Shown here: positions 10,155 to 18,934 of the stretch, one piece after another
Position numbering within the stretch: the stretch's first letter is position 1
How the letters are laid out: every line of letters starts with the position of its first letter
Assembly (NCBI GenBank): GCA_031459625.1
Contig: JAVKIH010000006.1
Location: 1 to 64,000 of the forward strand
Origin: Candidatus Geohabitans tengchongensis
GTDB lineage: Bacteria; Sysuimicrobiota; Sysuimicrobiia; Sysuimicrobiales; Humicultoraceae
Length of the DNA stretch: 64,000 bases
Direction of reading: 5' to 3'
Translations under genes and position numbers: made by a program
The notes under the pieces: model-generated
What the model was told of the DNA's origin: nothing
What the model saw: the letters and a program-made list of their open reading frames with translations, nothing else
Database searches by the model: none

Positions 10155-11278
10155 CAGGACATGGGGACCTGGCGGATGAAGCGGGCCTCCAGGCGGTCGA
10201 AGATGTCGTCCAGCGTCCGCCCCGTGATGGTGAGCCCGTGGTTGCGAAGCCCCACCACCGCCGCGGCGGGGTCCGGCGCCGCCCGGACGAGGTCGGCCAC
10301 GGCCTGGGCCAGCTGCAGCGTGCCGCACGGGTAGTTCACGGTGGTGGAGGGGACGCCCGCCATCCAGGCGTGGACGTGGACGATGGCGCCCACGGTGGGG
10401 TGCTCGGTGTAGATCATCCAGTGCTCGATGGCGTCCACCGACACCCGGCGGGGCTTCACCGTGGGCGGGACGCTCAGGCGCATGACGCGCCGGTGGGGGT
10501 CGAAGCCGGTCACCAGGAGCATGTCCTCCCCCACCCGGCGCATGTTGGCCTTGTCCACCCCGCTGGCGCTCATCCAGAACGAGGTGGCGTCCCGCCGGAC
10601 GCTCAGGTTGCCGTAGCTGAGGCCGCCCAGGCCGAAGAGGCGCTGCAGGTGGCGGAAGTCCGCCGGCGGCAGCAGTTCCTGGATGGGGAAGGGCGCGGGG
10701 AGGAGGCCCAGGGCGTCCAGCCGCTTCCCCGCCTCGCTGAGCTGGCGCGTGAACTCGTCGCCGTCCCACAGGTGCGGCGGCAGGTCGGGGACGAACTCGT
10801 TGTCGATGACCAGTTCCGAGGTGGCCAGCGGCAGCAGTCGGCGGTACAGCTCCTCGAAGTACTCCTCCTCCGGGAGGTCCGGGACGCGGTAGCACCCCTG
10901 CTCCAGGGTGACGAAGTAGGTGTCCAGGCGATCCCCCTCCCGCACCAGGTAGATGCACAGGTTGGCCAGGGAGCGGATCAGGATGGGGTAGGCCTGCTTG
11001 AGCACATCCTCGGGCCGGCGGTCGCTGAGCGCCACCGACACGGCAAAGGTGGCCTTCCCCTTCCGGCGGTAGGGAACCAGGCGGAGCGGGTCGACGAAGT
11101 TGAAGGCCAGCCGCAGGTCCCCGCCCCGCGTGACGTAGCGGTGACCGTGCCGTTCGAAGGTCCGCCGCAGGCCCTGGGCCAGACGGGCCATGGCCGGCTC
11201 GTGGAAGAACCCCACGAAAGTGAAGGTCAGCGGGACGTCCAGGGACGGGACAGGGCGGACAGACCGGTCGTGGTTCAT
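10154..11278 (-). CDS. Class II aldolase/adducin family protein with long N-terminal extension
   Basis: YGNLSVR, SVDAIEHWMIY, AIVHVH, GLRNHGL. Confidence 0.8.
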   Translation of the reverse strand: MNHDRSVRPVPSLDVPLTFTFVGFFHEPAMARLAQGLRRTFERHGHRYVTRGGDLRLAFNFVDPLRLVPYRRKGKATFAVSVALSDRRPEDVLKQAYPILIRSLANLCIYLVREGDRLDTYFVTLEQGCYRVPDLPEEEYFEELYRRLLPLATSELVIDNEFVPDLPPHLWDGDEFTRQLSEAGKRLDALGLLPAPFPIQELLPPADFRHLQRLFGLGGLSYGNLSVRRDATSFWMSASGVDKANMRRVGEDMLLVTGFDPHRRVMRLSVPPTVKPRRVSVDAIEHWMIYTEHPTVGAIVHVHAWMAGVPSTTVNYPCGTLQLAQAVADLVRAAPDPAAAVVGLRNHGLTITGRTLDDIFDRLEARFIRQVPMS

Positions 11279-11300
11279 CCGTGGTGACCCCCTGGCGGTG

Positions 11301-11424
11301 ATCCTACGGCGCTCCCGGGCTGCCGAGCATCGGGCCCAGGCTGTATCTTGCCGGTCGGGTGATGGGCCGATGGCGCAAATCGAGAGCGGGGCCGATGCCT
11401 CTCCCGCCGGCGGGCTGCTAGCAT
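11301..11424. promoter_or_regulatory. Divergent promoters with three 18-bp boxes at 25-bp period (11329, 11354, 11379)
   Basis: -10-like TAGGAT (minus, 11301-11306) and TGc-TAGCAT (plus, 11419-11424), each 22 nt from the nearest box. Confidence 0.65.
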
Positions 11425-11437
11425 CGCCCCGGCGGCC

Positions 11438-12109
11438 ATGGTCCAGACCCCTCCCTTCCGCAGGATCACGGTGCTGATCGCCGACGACCACGCCATCGTC
11501 CGCGAGGGCGTCCGCCTGCTCCTGGAGGCCCAGCCGGACATCGAGGTCGTCGGGGAGGCGCGCGATGGCGAGGAGGCCGTCGAGCTGGCCCGGCGCCTGC
11601 GGCCGGACGTGGTCGTGCTCGACGTCAGCATGCCGGGTCGGAACGGCGTGGAGGCCACCCGCGCCATCCGCGACGCCCTGCCCGGGACCCACGTGTTGAT
11701 CCTGACGATGCACGAAGAGCCCGCCTACGTCTTCCAGCTCCTGCGCCTGGGGGCCGCCGGCTACGTCCCGAAACGCGCCGCGGCCACCGACCTGGTGGGC
11801 GGCGTGCGCACGGTGGCCGGGGGAGACACCTACCTCCACCCCTCCATGGCCCAGGAGCTGGTGCGGGACTACCTGGGCTGGGTCCGCTCAGGCGGGGGGA
11901 CGGGGCAGCTGGACAACCTGACGGACCGGGAGCGCGAGGTGCTGGCCCTCAGCGCGGAGGGGCTGACCACCGCGCAGATCGCCGAGCGGCTCTTCATCAG
12001 CGAGAAGACCGCGCAGACCCACCGCGCCCACATCATGAAGAAGCTCGACCTCCACGACCGGGCGCTGCTCGTCCGCTACGCGGTTCGCAAAGGGCTCATT
12101 CCTCCCTGA
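11438..12109 (+). CDS. NarL/LuxR-family response regulator
   Basis: IADDH, LDVSMP receiver; LTDREREVL...ISEKTAQTHR HTH. Confidence 0.95.
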   Translation: MVQTPPFRRITVLIADDHAIVREGVRLLLEAQPDIEVVGEARDGEEAVELARRLRPDVVVLDVSMPGRNGVEATRAIRDALPGTHVLILTMHEEPAYVFQLLRLGAAGYVPKRAAATDLVGGVRTVAGGDTYLHPSMAQELVRDYLGWVRSGGGTGQLDNLTDREREVLALSAEGLTTAQIAERLFISEKTAQTHRAHIMKKLDLHDRALLVRYAVRKGLIPP

Positions 12110-12225
12110 CGCCCCCGGGGCCCCGACCCCGGACCGCCCGGCCCGGGGATCCAGGGGGGTGCCCGGGCGGGCCCGACCGTCCGGGTGGACGTGGAAAAGG
12201 CCAACGCCACCCGCGCTGAGGCGGG

Positions 12226-12885
12226 TCAGGGCTCGATCAGCCCCTTGCGGATGGCGTAGCGGACCAGCTCGGCACGGTTGTGCATCCCCAGCTTCTCCAT
12301 GATGTGCGCCCGGTGGGTCTGTACGGTCTTGACGCTGATGAAGAGCCGCTGGGCGATCTCCTGGTTGGACAGGCCTTCGGCGATGAGCGTCAGGACCTCG
12401 CGCTCCCGCTCGGTCAGGCCGTCGAAGCGCTCCCGGTCCTCGCCGCGCTCGAGGCGGCGCAGGTAGTCCTGCAGGACGCTCTTGGCCACCGAGGGGTAGA
12501 GGAAGGCCTCGCCGCGGGCGGCGGAGCGGATGGCCTGCGTGAGGTCCTGCGCGGCCCCACGCTTGAGCACGTAGCCCGACGCGCCGGCCTTGAGGAGCTG
12601 GAAGACGTAGCTCTCCTCCTCGTGCATGGTCAGGGCCAGGACGTGGATGTCGGGCCACAGCTCCTTGATCCGCTTCGTCGCCTCGATCCCCCCCATCTCG
12701 GGCATGGAGAGGTCCATGACCACCACGTCGGGCCGCCGGCTCTGGATGAGCTCCAGGGCCTCGCGGCCATTGGCCGCCTCGCCCACCACCTCGATGTCGG
12801 GCTCGCGGGCGAGGACGAGCTTGATGCCCTCGCGCACCACCGCGTGGTCGTCGGCGATCAGGACCCGGATCTTGGCTGGGGTCAT
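12226..12885 (-). CDS. NarL/LuxR-family response regulator
   Basis: IADDH, MDLSMP; LTEREREVL...ISVKTVQTHR. Confidence 0.95.
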   Translation of the reverse strand: MTPAKIRVLIADDHAVVREGIKLVLAREPDIEVVGEAANGREALELIQSRRPDVVVMDLSMPEMGGIEATKRIKELWPDIHVLALTMHEEESYVFQLLKAGASGYVLKRGAAQDLTQAIRSAARGEAFLYPSVAKSVLQDYLRRLERGEDRERFDGLTEREREVLTLIAEGLSNQEIAQRLFISVKTVQTHRAHIMEKLGMHNRAELVRYAIRKGLIEP

Positions 12886-12948
12886 CGCTGGTGCCTCAGT
12901 CGGGCAGGGTCTCCATCATCGGGACCATTATCGGCCGTTGCCGGCCGG

Positions 12949-13458
12949 ATGGGGAAGCTGTTGCACGGTCTGGTCTTCGGGTCGCTGTTCCTTCTCGCCT
13001 TCGCCGGCGGCCTTGCCGGGCTGTACAGTCTCAGACCGGAATGGGTCACCGTGGAGGGCATGCGAGAGCGGGTCCGCCGTCTGCTGGCCGGGACGTGGCT
13101 GATGGCGCTCGTGGCCTGGGCGACCGTGATCAGCGGCACCTATATCGTGTACCCCTGGTACCGGGCCACACCGCCAGCGGGAGTGGACCTGTCGGCCTAC
13201 CCGCGGGCCCTGCTTCTCTCCAGACCCGAGACCGCTCTCTGGCATCGATTCGGGATGGAGTGGAAGGAGCATATCGGCTGGTTTGCGCCGATCTTGGCCA
13301 CCACGGTAGCGTATCTCGTCGCCTACTACCGGGAAGGGCTGGCGGCCTCCGGATCGCTGCGCCGCACGGTCCTGGGGCTGTTCGTCGTGGCGTTCGGCGC
13401 AGCGGCTGTCGCGGGCGTCTTCGGCGCTTTCATCAACAAAGTCGCGCCGATCCGATGA
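12949..13458 (+). CDS. Hypothetical membrane protein, about 4 TM segments (start uncertain)
   Basis: Hydrophobic segments; HG, WHRFGMEWKEH; plausible GC-rich coding pattern. Confidence 0.7.
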   Translation: MGKLLHGLVFGSLFLLAFAGGLAGLYSLRPEWVTVEGMRERVRRLLAGTWLMALVAWATVISGTYIVYPWYRATPPAGVDLSAYPRALLLSRPETALWHRFGMEWKEHIGWFAPILATTVAYLVAYYREGLAASGSLRRTVLGLFVVAFGAAAVAGVFGAFINKVAPIR

Positions 13459-13480
13459 GGCCGGCGAGGGGAGGGAAGCG

Positions 13481-13810
13481 ATGATGACGACCAACGCCCG
13501 GCCCAATGGAGCGGCCGCGGCGGCCATCCTGTCGGCGGCGATCGGGGTCTTCCTCCTTGGCTTGCTCACCACCCTGGCGGAGCTCCTGCCGGGCCTCAAG
13601 GGGGGCCTGACGCTGTGGGCGCTGGCCGGACCCCTCTCAGGCAAGACGGCGGTCTCGGTGGGGATCTGGCTCGTCGCGTGGGTGGCGCTTCACCGCGCAC
13701 TCCGGGCGTCCGACGTCAACCTGGCCCGTTACACGCGCTGGGCCTGGGTGCTCATCGTGCTGGGCCTGGTGCTGACGTTTCCGCCCATGTTCGAAGCGTT
13801 CGCCAGGTAG
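13481..13810 (+). CDS. Hypothetical membrane protein, about 3 TM segments
   Basis: Hydrophobic segments, GPLSGKT; GGGAGGG RBS. Confidence 0.75.
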   Translation: MMTTNARPNGAAAAAILSAAIGVFLLGLLTTLAELLPGLKGGLTLWALAGPLSGKTAVSVGIWLVAWVALHRALRASDVNLARYTRWAWVLIVLGLVLTFPPMFEAFAR

Positions 13811-13832
13811 AGCCTGGAGTTGCGCCTGCGCC

Positions 13833-15569
13833 TCACTGCCTGCGGCCCGGCTCCGGGGCACTGTCCGGGGGCAGCACGACCTCGATGGTCGTTCCCTGTC
13901 CCGGAGCGCTGCGGACGTGCATCTGCCCGCCCAGCAGTTCCGCCCGCTCCCGCATGCCCAGCAGGCCCAGCCCGCCGCCCGGCCGGGCGGGGGGACGGCC
14001 AACCTCAAACCCGCGCCCGTCGTCGCTGACCGTAAGGCGGACCGCGTCCTGGCCGACGTGCAGGGCCACCGAGACGCGGGTGGCCGCGGCGTGCTTGAGG
14101 ACGTTGTTGAGCGCCTCCTGGAGGATCCGAAAGAGGGCGGTCTCCGCCGGCGGCGGCAACCGCCGGTCCACCCCCTGGAGGTCCAGGGTCACCGCCAGGC
14201 CCGAGGGTTCCACGACTTCCCGCACGTACCAGCGCACGGCCGCGCCCAATCCCAGGTCGTCCAGGACGGTGGGGCGCAGGTCGTAGATCAGCCGGCGCAG
14301 CTCCCCCAGCGTCTGCTCGGCGATGCCCTTCAGCCGGCGCAGGCGGGTGGCGTCGGGTTCGGCTGCCTCTCGTCCCGCCATCTCCAGGTTGAGGATCAGC
14401 GCCGTGAGGGCCTGTCCCGCCTCGTCGTGCAGCTCCCTGGCGATCCGGCGCCGCTCCTCCTCCTGGGCCGTCAGCAGGCGCTCGATCAGCTCGCCGCGGG
14501 CGGCCTCCTTGGCCCGCACCTCCGCCAGCAGGCGGGTGCGCTCGGCCGCCAGGGCCATCTCGTGTCCGGTGGCCGCCAGGAGGTCCAGTTCCCGCCCGGA
14601 GAAGTTGCGCCCCGGAGAGAGCAGGAGGTTCATCACGCCGATGACCCGTTCGGCCGTGTGGAGCGGGATGCTGGCATGCCGCGGCTGCAGCCAGCCCACC
14701 CGTTCGAGCCGCAGGCAGGCCACCAGGTTCACCGGACGCCGCAACTGCCCCTCGCGGAGCATCTGCAGGCACCGGCAGTCCCCGCGCATGGCCGTGGCAC
14801 CGTCGGCCATCAGCGGTTCGGGCAGCCGGTGGGACGCCGCCAGCGCAAACTCTCCCTCGTCTTCCTGGAGGAAGATCCATCCCCCCCGCAGGCCCATCAG
14901 CTCGACCACGCGGCTCAGGGAAGCGGTCAGCGCCTCGCGGAGGTCGGCGGAGCGGTTGAGGGTCTCCGCCACGGCGGTGATGGTGGCCAGGTCGCGGGCG
15001 CGGGCCCAGGCCCGCATCAGGACGCCCAGGCCCAGCATGATGGCCGCCAGACCCGAGACCACCGCGCCCACCCCCACGCCCACAGGGTGGGGCCGCAGGA
15101 GCGGGTAGCTGAGGGAAACCAGGCCTTCGAGGACCATCCCTCCGGCCACGAGGCGCGAAGAGCGCTCGTCGAGCCCGCCGACGAAGCGGGCATACCGGAC
15201 CGCCGCCGTGAAGAACCACAATCCGGCCACGACGGAGGGAGGTAGCGCCGCCAGCCAGACCGAGGAGGGAAGCAGCAGGGCGGCGGCGACGACGGCCACG
15301 ACGCCGAGCAGCGGGGTGAGCGGCCAGGGCACGGGACCGAAGCTGCGGGCCATGGCACCGGCGGCGAAGAGGAAGAGGAGGTGGCGGACCAGGCTCGCTG
15401 CCGGCCAGGCGAAGGCGAGCCCTTCGGCGACGACATGGCCGGTGAAGAGGGTGAAGGCGATGGCCCACCAGCGGACCTCCTGCTCCCGGCTCTCGAGGTA
15501 GCGGAAGACGAGGAAGGCCGTGGCGGCGAGCAGCAGGCCGAAACCGAGCGCCAGCAGGGGGATCAACAC
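13833..15569 (-). CDS. Membrane sensor histidine kinase: multi-TM, GAF, HisKA_3, HATPase
   Basis: ERRRIARELHDEAGQ H-box, QEALNNVLKHA, DDGRGF, GLGLLGMRERA; GAF contains CRC-x17-C. Confidence 0.93.
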   Translation of the reverse strand: MLIPLLALGFGLLLAATAFLVFRYLESREQEVRWWAIAFTLFTGHVVAEGLAFAWPAASLVRHLLFLFAAGAMARSFGPVPWPLTPLLGVVAVVAAALLLPSSVWLAALPPSVVAGLWFFTAAVRYARFVGGLDERSSRLVAGGMVLEGLVSLSYPLLRPHPVGVGVGAVVSGLAAIMLGLGVLMRAWARARDLATITAVAETLNRSADLREALTASLSRVVELMGLRGGWIFLQEDEGEFALAASHRLPEPLMADGATAMRGDCRCLQMLREGQLRRPVNLVACLRLERVGWLQPRHASIPLHTAERVIGVMNLLLSPGRNFSGRELDLLAATGHEMALAAERTRLLAEVRAKEAARGELIERLLTAQEEERRRIARELHDEAGQALTALILNLEMAGREAAEPDATRLRRLKGIAEQTLGELRRLIYDLRPTVLDDLGLGAAVRWYVREVVEPSGLAVTLDLQGVDRRLPPPAETALFRILQEALNNVLKHAAATRVSVALHVGQDAVRLTVSDDGRGFEVGRPPARPGGGLGLLGMRERAELLGGQMHVRSAPGQGTTIEVVLPPDSAPEPGRRQ

Positions 15570-15657
15570 CGGAGGAATCGTTCGGGCCCGCGCGGTCGCT
15601 TCCCTGGGGCCCGCCGGGCGCGCTGTCGGCCTGCTATCGTGTGGGGGTGATCACCGC

Positions 15658-16953
15658 ATGCGCCTGACGTCCGCTGCGGTCCCCGCGCTCTCCGCCCGGT
15701 GGCGCGCCCTGCCCGGCATGACCCCGGGAGTTGCCTTCATGGTCGTGGGGGTGGCCGTGTTCCCGGTGGCCGCCCTCGGCCTGGCCCTGGTCGCCCACCG
15801 TCTGGCCGCAGGCGCGTATCGCAGCTATCCCGTCCTGGCCGTCAACCACCTCTTCACCCTGGGGTGGGGCACCTTCGTGGCGCTCGGGGCCCTCCACCAG
15901 CTCTTCCCGGCCATGGTGGGCCTCACCCGTCGCCGGGATCCGGTGGCGGGTGTCCAGATGGCGCTGGCCGTGGCGGGACTCCTGGTCCTGCTGGCCGGCT
16001 TCCTGACCCGCCGGCCGCCGTTCATCGCCCTGGGCGGGAGCGCGGTCTGGACCGCGGCGCTCCTCGCCTTGTGGGTGGTCGGCACCCAGGCGCGCGGGCG
16101 CCGGCGATGGCCGCCGTCGGCCACCGGCGTGGTGCTGGCCGTCCTCTCCCTGGTGATGGCGACCTCCTGGGGGGTGCTCATGGGCCTCAACTGGACATGG
16201 CCGTTCTGGCCGCGCCTGCTGCGATGGGCCGGACTGGGGGTGCACGCGGCGTTGGGCCTGGGGGGCTGGTTCGGCCAGCTCGTGGTCAGCGTCTCCTACT
16301 ACCTGCTGCCGCGCTTCACGGGAGCCGCCACACCCTCACCGCGGCGCGTCGCTCTCGTCCTCACCCTGCTGAACGGGGGCGTCCTCCTGTTGGTGGGGGC
16401 AGCGCTCACGGCGAGCGCACGCCTGGCCCGTCTGGCCGCCGCCGTCCTGGCCATCGCGGCGCTGCTCTACGCCCGAGACGTGCACCGGATGCTCCAGCGC
16501 ACGCGCCGGGAGGCCCCGGACCTGACGACTCACCACTGGTGGGTCATCTGGGGACAGACGCTGCTGCTGGCGGCGCTGGCGGTGGCCTTCGCTGCGGGGG
16601 TGCTCTCCGGACCGCGGGCGGGCGTGGCGGCGGTGGTCCTGATCCTGGCGGGGTGGATCACCATGGCCATCACGGGGCAGCTCTACAAGGTGACGCCGTT
16701 CCTCATGTGGTACTACCGCTTCGCCCGCGGCCTGAGCCCGTGGGAGGTGCCCCGTCTGCCGGCTCCCTACTACCCGAGGACAGGCGTGGTGGCGTTCGCC
16801 CTGATGGCGGCAGGGAGCACGGCTCTGGGCCTGGCGGTGGCGGCCGGGCTCCCCGCCGCGGCCACGGGCGCGAGCCTGCTGCTGGCCGCGGGAGCCGTCA
16901 CCTTTGCCGGTCTGATGATGTCGTGGCTTCGGGTCGTGGTGGGCAGCCGGTGA
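15658..16953 (+). CDS. About 12-TM protein with repeated His motifs (heme-copper oxidase subunit I-like / NnrS-like); start may be 15718
   Basis: NHLFTLGW...GALHQLFP, HAALGLGGW...YYLLPRF, LYKVTPFLMW. Confidence 0.65.
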   Translation: MRLTSAAVPALSARWRALPGMTPGVAFMVVGVAVFPVAALGLALVAHRLAAGAYRSYPVLAVNHLFTLGWGTFVALGALHQLFPAMVGLTRRRDPVAGVQMALAVAGLLVLLAGFLTRRPPFIALGGSAVWTAALLALWVVGTQARGRRRWPPSATGVVLAVLSLVMATSWGVLMGLNWTWPFWPRLLRWAGLGVHAALGLGGWFGQLVVSVSYYLLPRFTGAATPSPRRVALVLTLLNGGVLLLVGAALTASARLARLAAAVLAIAALLYARDVHRMLQRTRREAPDLTTHHWWVIWGQTLLLAALAVAFAAGVLSGPRAGVAAVVLILAGWITMAITGQLYKVTPFLMWYYRFARGLSPWEVPRLPAPYYPRTGVVAFALMAAGSTALGLAVAAGLPAAATGASLLLAAGAVTFAGLMMSWLRVVVGSR

Positions 16954-17050
16954 GTCCCGCGGCCGGCCGCTCAGTCGGCCACCCTGACGGCGAAGCGCCC
17001 GGTGAGGGTCTTCGACCGGTCGTGCCGGTGACGGGTGCGCAGCGGCGTAC

Positions 17051-18028
17051 TCAGGTTTCCAGGACCACGTGCCGGATCTCCCGTCGCAGCGCCGTGTACG
17101 CGACGTGCACCCGACCGGCGCCGTCGACCACGACCGCCGGGTACGAGTACTCCCCCGGGCCCTCCTCCAGCACCAGCAGCGGCGTCCACGTGGCCCCGCC
17201 GTCGGCACTCTCCGCCAGGCAGAGGGGGTGGCGCAATTCCCATTGCATCGGATCCCGTCCGCGGTCGGTGTGGTTGTACACGAGCCACAGGCGGGCATCG
17301 GGCAGGCGCGCCATGTCGATGCTGGCGTTGGGGTTGGGCAGTTCGATGGGGTGGGGCGCAGACCAGGTGTGGCCGCCATCAGCGCTCTCCGTCGCCCAGA
17401 TGCGGCCGGTCCTGGTGCGCGTGAGCATCAGCAGCCGGCCCGGCCTCCCGAGAGCCAGCGTGCCCTGGATCATAGCCACGCCGGTACCGGCGCCGATGGC
17501 CAGGTCGTCGAACACCCAGGCGGTGCCATGCCGCGCGACGTCGAGGCGCGCAAGCCCTACCTGCCAGCGCACCTCGTCGTACACCGGCAAGAGCAGCGTG
17601 GTCCCAAGGCGGAGGGGCTTGTTCTTGGTCAGGACACCCGCACGGTCGAGCAGCAGCACCTCGTCCGACCAGGTCTGCCCGCAGTCGAAGGAGACGCGCG
17701 CGCACGGCTTGCCCCCGGTGCACCACGCGCCCCAGACGCGGAAGTAGGCCAGCCAGAGCACACCGGGTGCCCCGGCGAACAGCACCGGGTTGCCACACGG
17801 GTGCCCGTCGGCCGGTGCGACCAGCGCGGGCGGCGACCATGCGGAGGCCCCGGCCCCCAGCCGCGCCACGTAGATGCCGGAGTCGGGCAGCCCTTCGGCC
17901 GTACCGCCGAACCAGGCGCCCAGCAGGCTGCCATCGGGTGCGGGCAGCAGCGTGGCGCCGTGGCAGAACGCCGTGGGGAGCGGATTGGTCATCGGCTGAC
18001 GCCCCACGACCCGTGGCACTCTGGTCAT
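17051..18028 (-). CDS. Sialidase-like BNR/Asp-box protein (start 18028 or 17992)
   Basis: Asp-boxes SFDCGQTW, SADGGHTW, SADGGATW; PNPNASID; YSYP. Confidence 0.85.
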   Translation of the reverse strand: MTRVPRVVGRQPMTNPLPTAFCHGATLLPAPDGSLLGAWFGGTAEGLPDSGIYVARLGAGASAWSPPALVAPADGHPCGNPVLFAGAPGVLWLAYFRVWGAWCTGGKPCARVSFDCGQTWSDEVLLLDRAGVLTKNKPLRLGTTLLLPVYDEVRWQVGLARLDVARHGTAWVFDDLAIGAGTGVAMIQGTLALGRPGRLLMLTRTRTGRIWATESADGGHTWSAPHPIELPNPNASIDMARLPDARLWLVYNHTDRGRDPMQWELRHPLCLAESADGGATWTPLLVLEEGPGEYSYPAVVVDGAGRVHVAYTALRREIRHVVLET

Positions 18029-18112
18029 GGTCTGCCGCACCTCCGTCCGCAGGGGCGGGGCTCCACCGGCCTGACGGGCCCTTCCGGCGGGGGCATCGCC
18101 ACCTGGGTCGCC

Positions 18113-18934
18113 CTACCGGTGTGCGGTCATCGTGATGCCACGGATGATGGCCTGCTGGAAGGCCAGGAATAGCATCAGGGCTGGCAGCGCCGCCAGGGCC
18201 GCGCCGGCCATGAGGATGCCGTAGTCGATGTCGTACGCCCCCTGCAGGGCCCGCAGGCCGATGGGCAGCGTGAACATCTGGGGGGACGACAGGGCGATCA
18301 TCGACCAGAAGAACTCGTTCCAGGCAAAGGTGAACATGTAGATCACCAGGGCCGCCAGCGCCGGCTTCGCCAGGGGCACGATGATGCTGAGCAGGATCCG
18401 GACGTTGCCGGCGCCGTCCACCCGTGCGGCGTCGTCCAGCTCGGTGGGAATGTTGAGAAAGAACTGGCGCAGCAGGAAGATGCCGAGGGGCATGCCGACC
18501 ATGGGCAGGAAGACGGCCGGGTAAGTGTTCAGCAGGTGCAGGCGGTTCATGAGAAAGTAGAGCGGGATGACGTTCACTTCCAGCGGGAGGAGCATCGAGG
18601 AGAGGAAGATCAGGAAGAGGACGTCGCGTCCCCGCCACCGCAGCCGCGAGAAGGCGAACGCCGCCGGCACCGAGACCAGGGTCGAGAGGACCGTGGTGGC
18701 CGTGGCCACCACCAGGCTGTTGACCATCCAGCGGGCGAAGGGCCACCGGGTCAGCACCACGTGGACGTGGTGCAGCGTGGGCTCTCGCGGGATCCACCGG
18801 GGCGGCAGGGCGAAGAGCTCAGGAGTCGGCTTCAGGCCCGTGGCGAACATCCAGGCGATGGGACTCAGCCACAGGACCAGCAGCCCCGCCATCACCACCA
18901 GCACTGCTCCGGCCAGCCGGTGCCCCGCCCTCAC
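18113..18934 (-). CDS. Carbohydrate ABC transporter permease (MalG-type)
   Basis: ELDDAARVDGA EAA loop, WNEFFW. Confidence 0.93.
   Translation of the reverse strand: MRAGHRLAGAVLVVMAGLLVLWLSPIAWMFATGLKPTPELFALPPRWIPREPTLHHVHVVLTRWPFARWMVNSLVVATATTVLSTLVSVPAAFAFSRLRWRGRDVLFLIFLSSMLLPLEVNVIPLYFLMNRLHLLNTYPAVFLPMVGMPLGIFLLRQFFLNIPTELDDAARVDGAGNVRILLSIIVPLAKPALAALVIYMFTFAWNEFFWSMIALSSPQMFTLPIGLRALQGAYDIDYGILMAGAALAALPALMLFLAFQQAIIRGITMTAHR

Noticed and set aside
12899..12935. Possible extra 18-bp boxes (also a half-site ending at 7565)
   Set aside because: Weak matches with no -10-like hexamer at the 22-nt spacing; not counted as evidence
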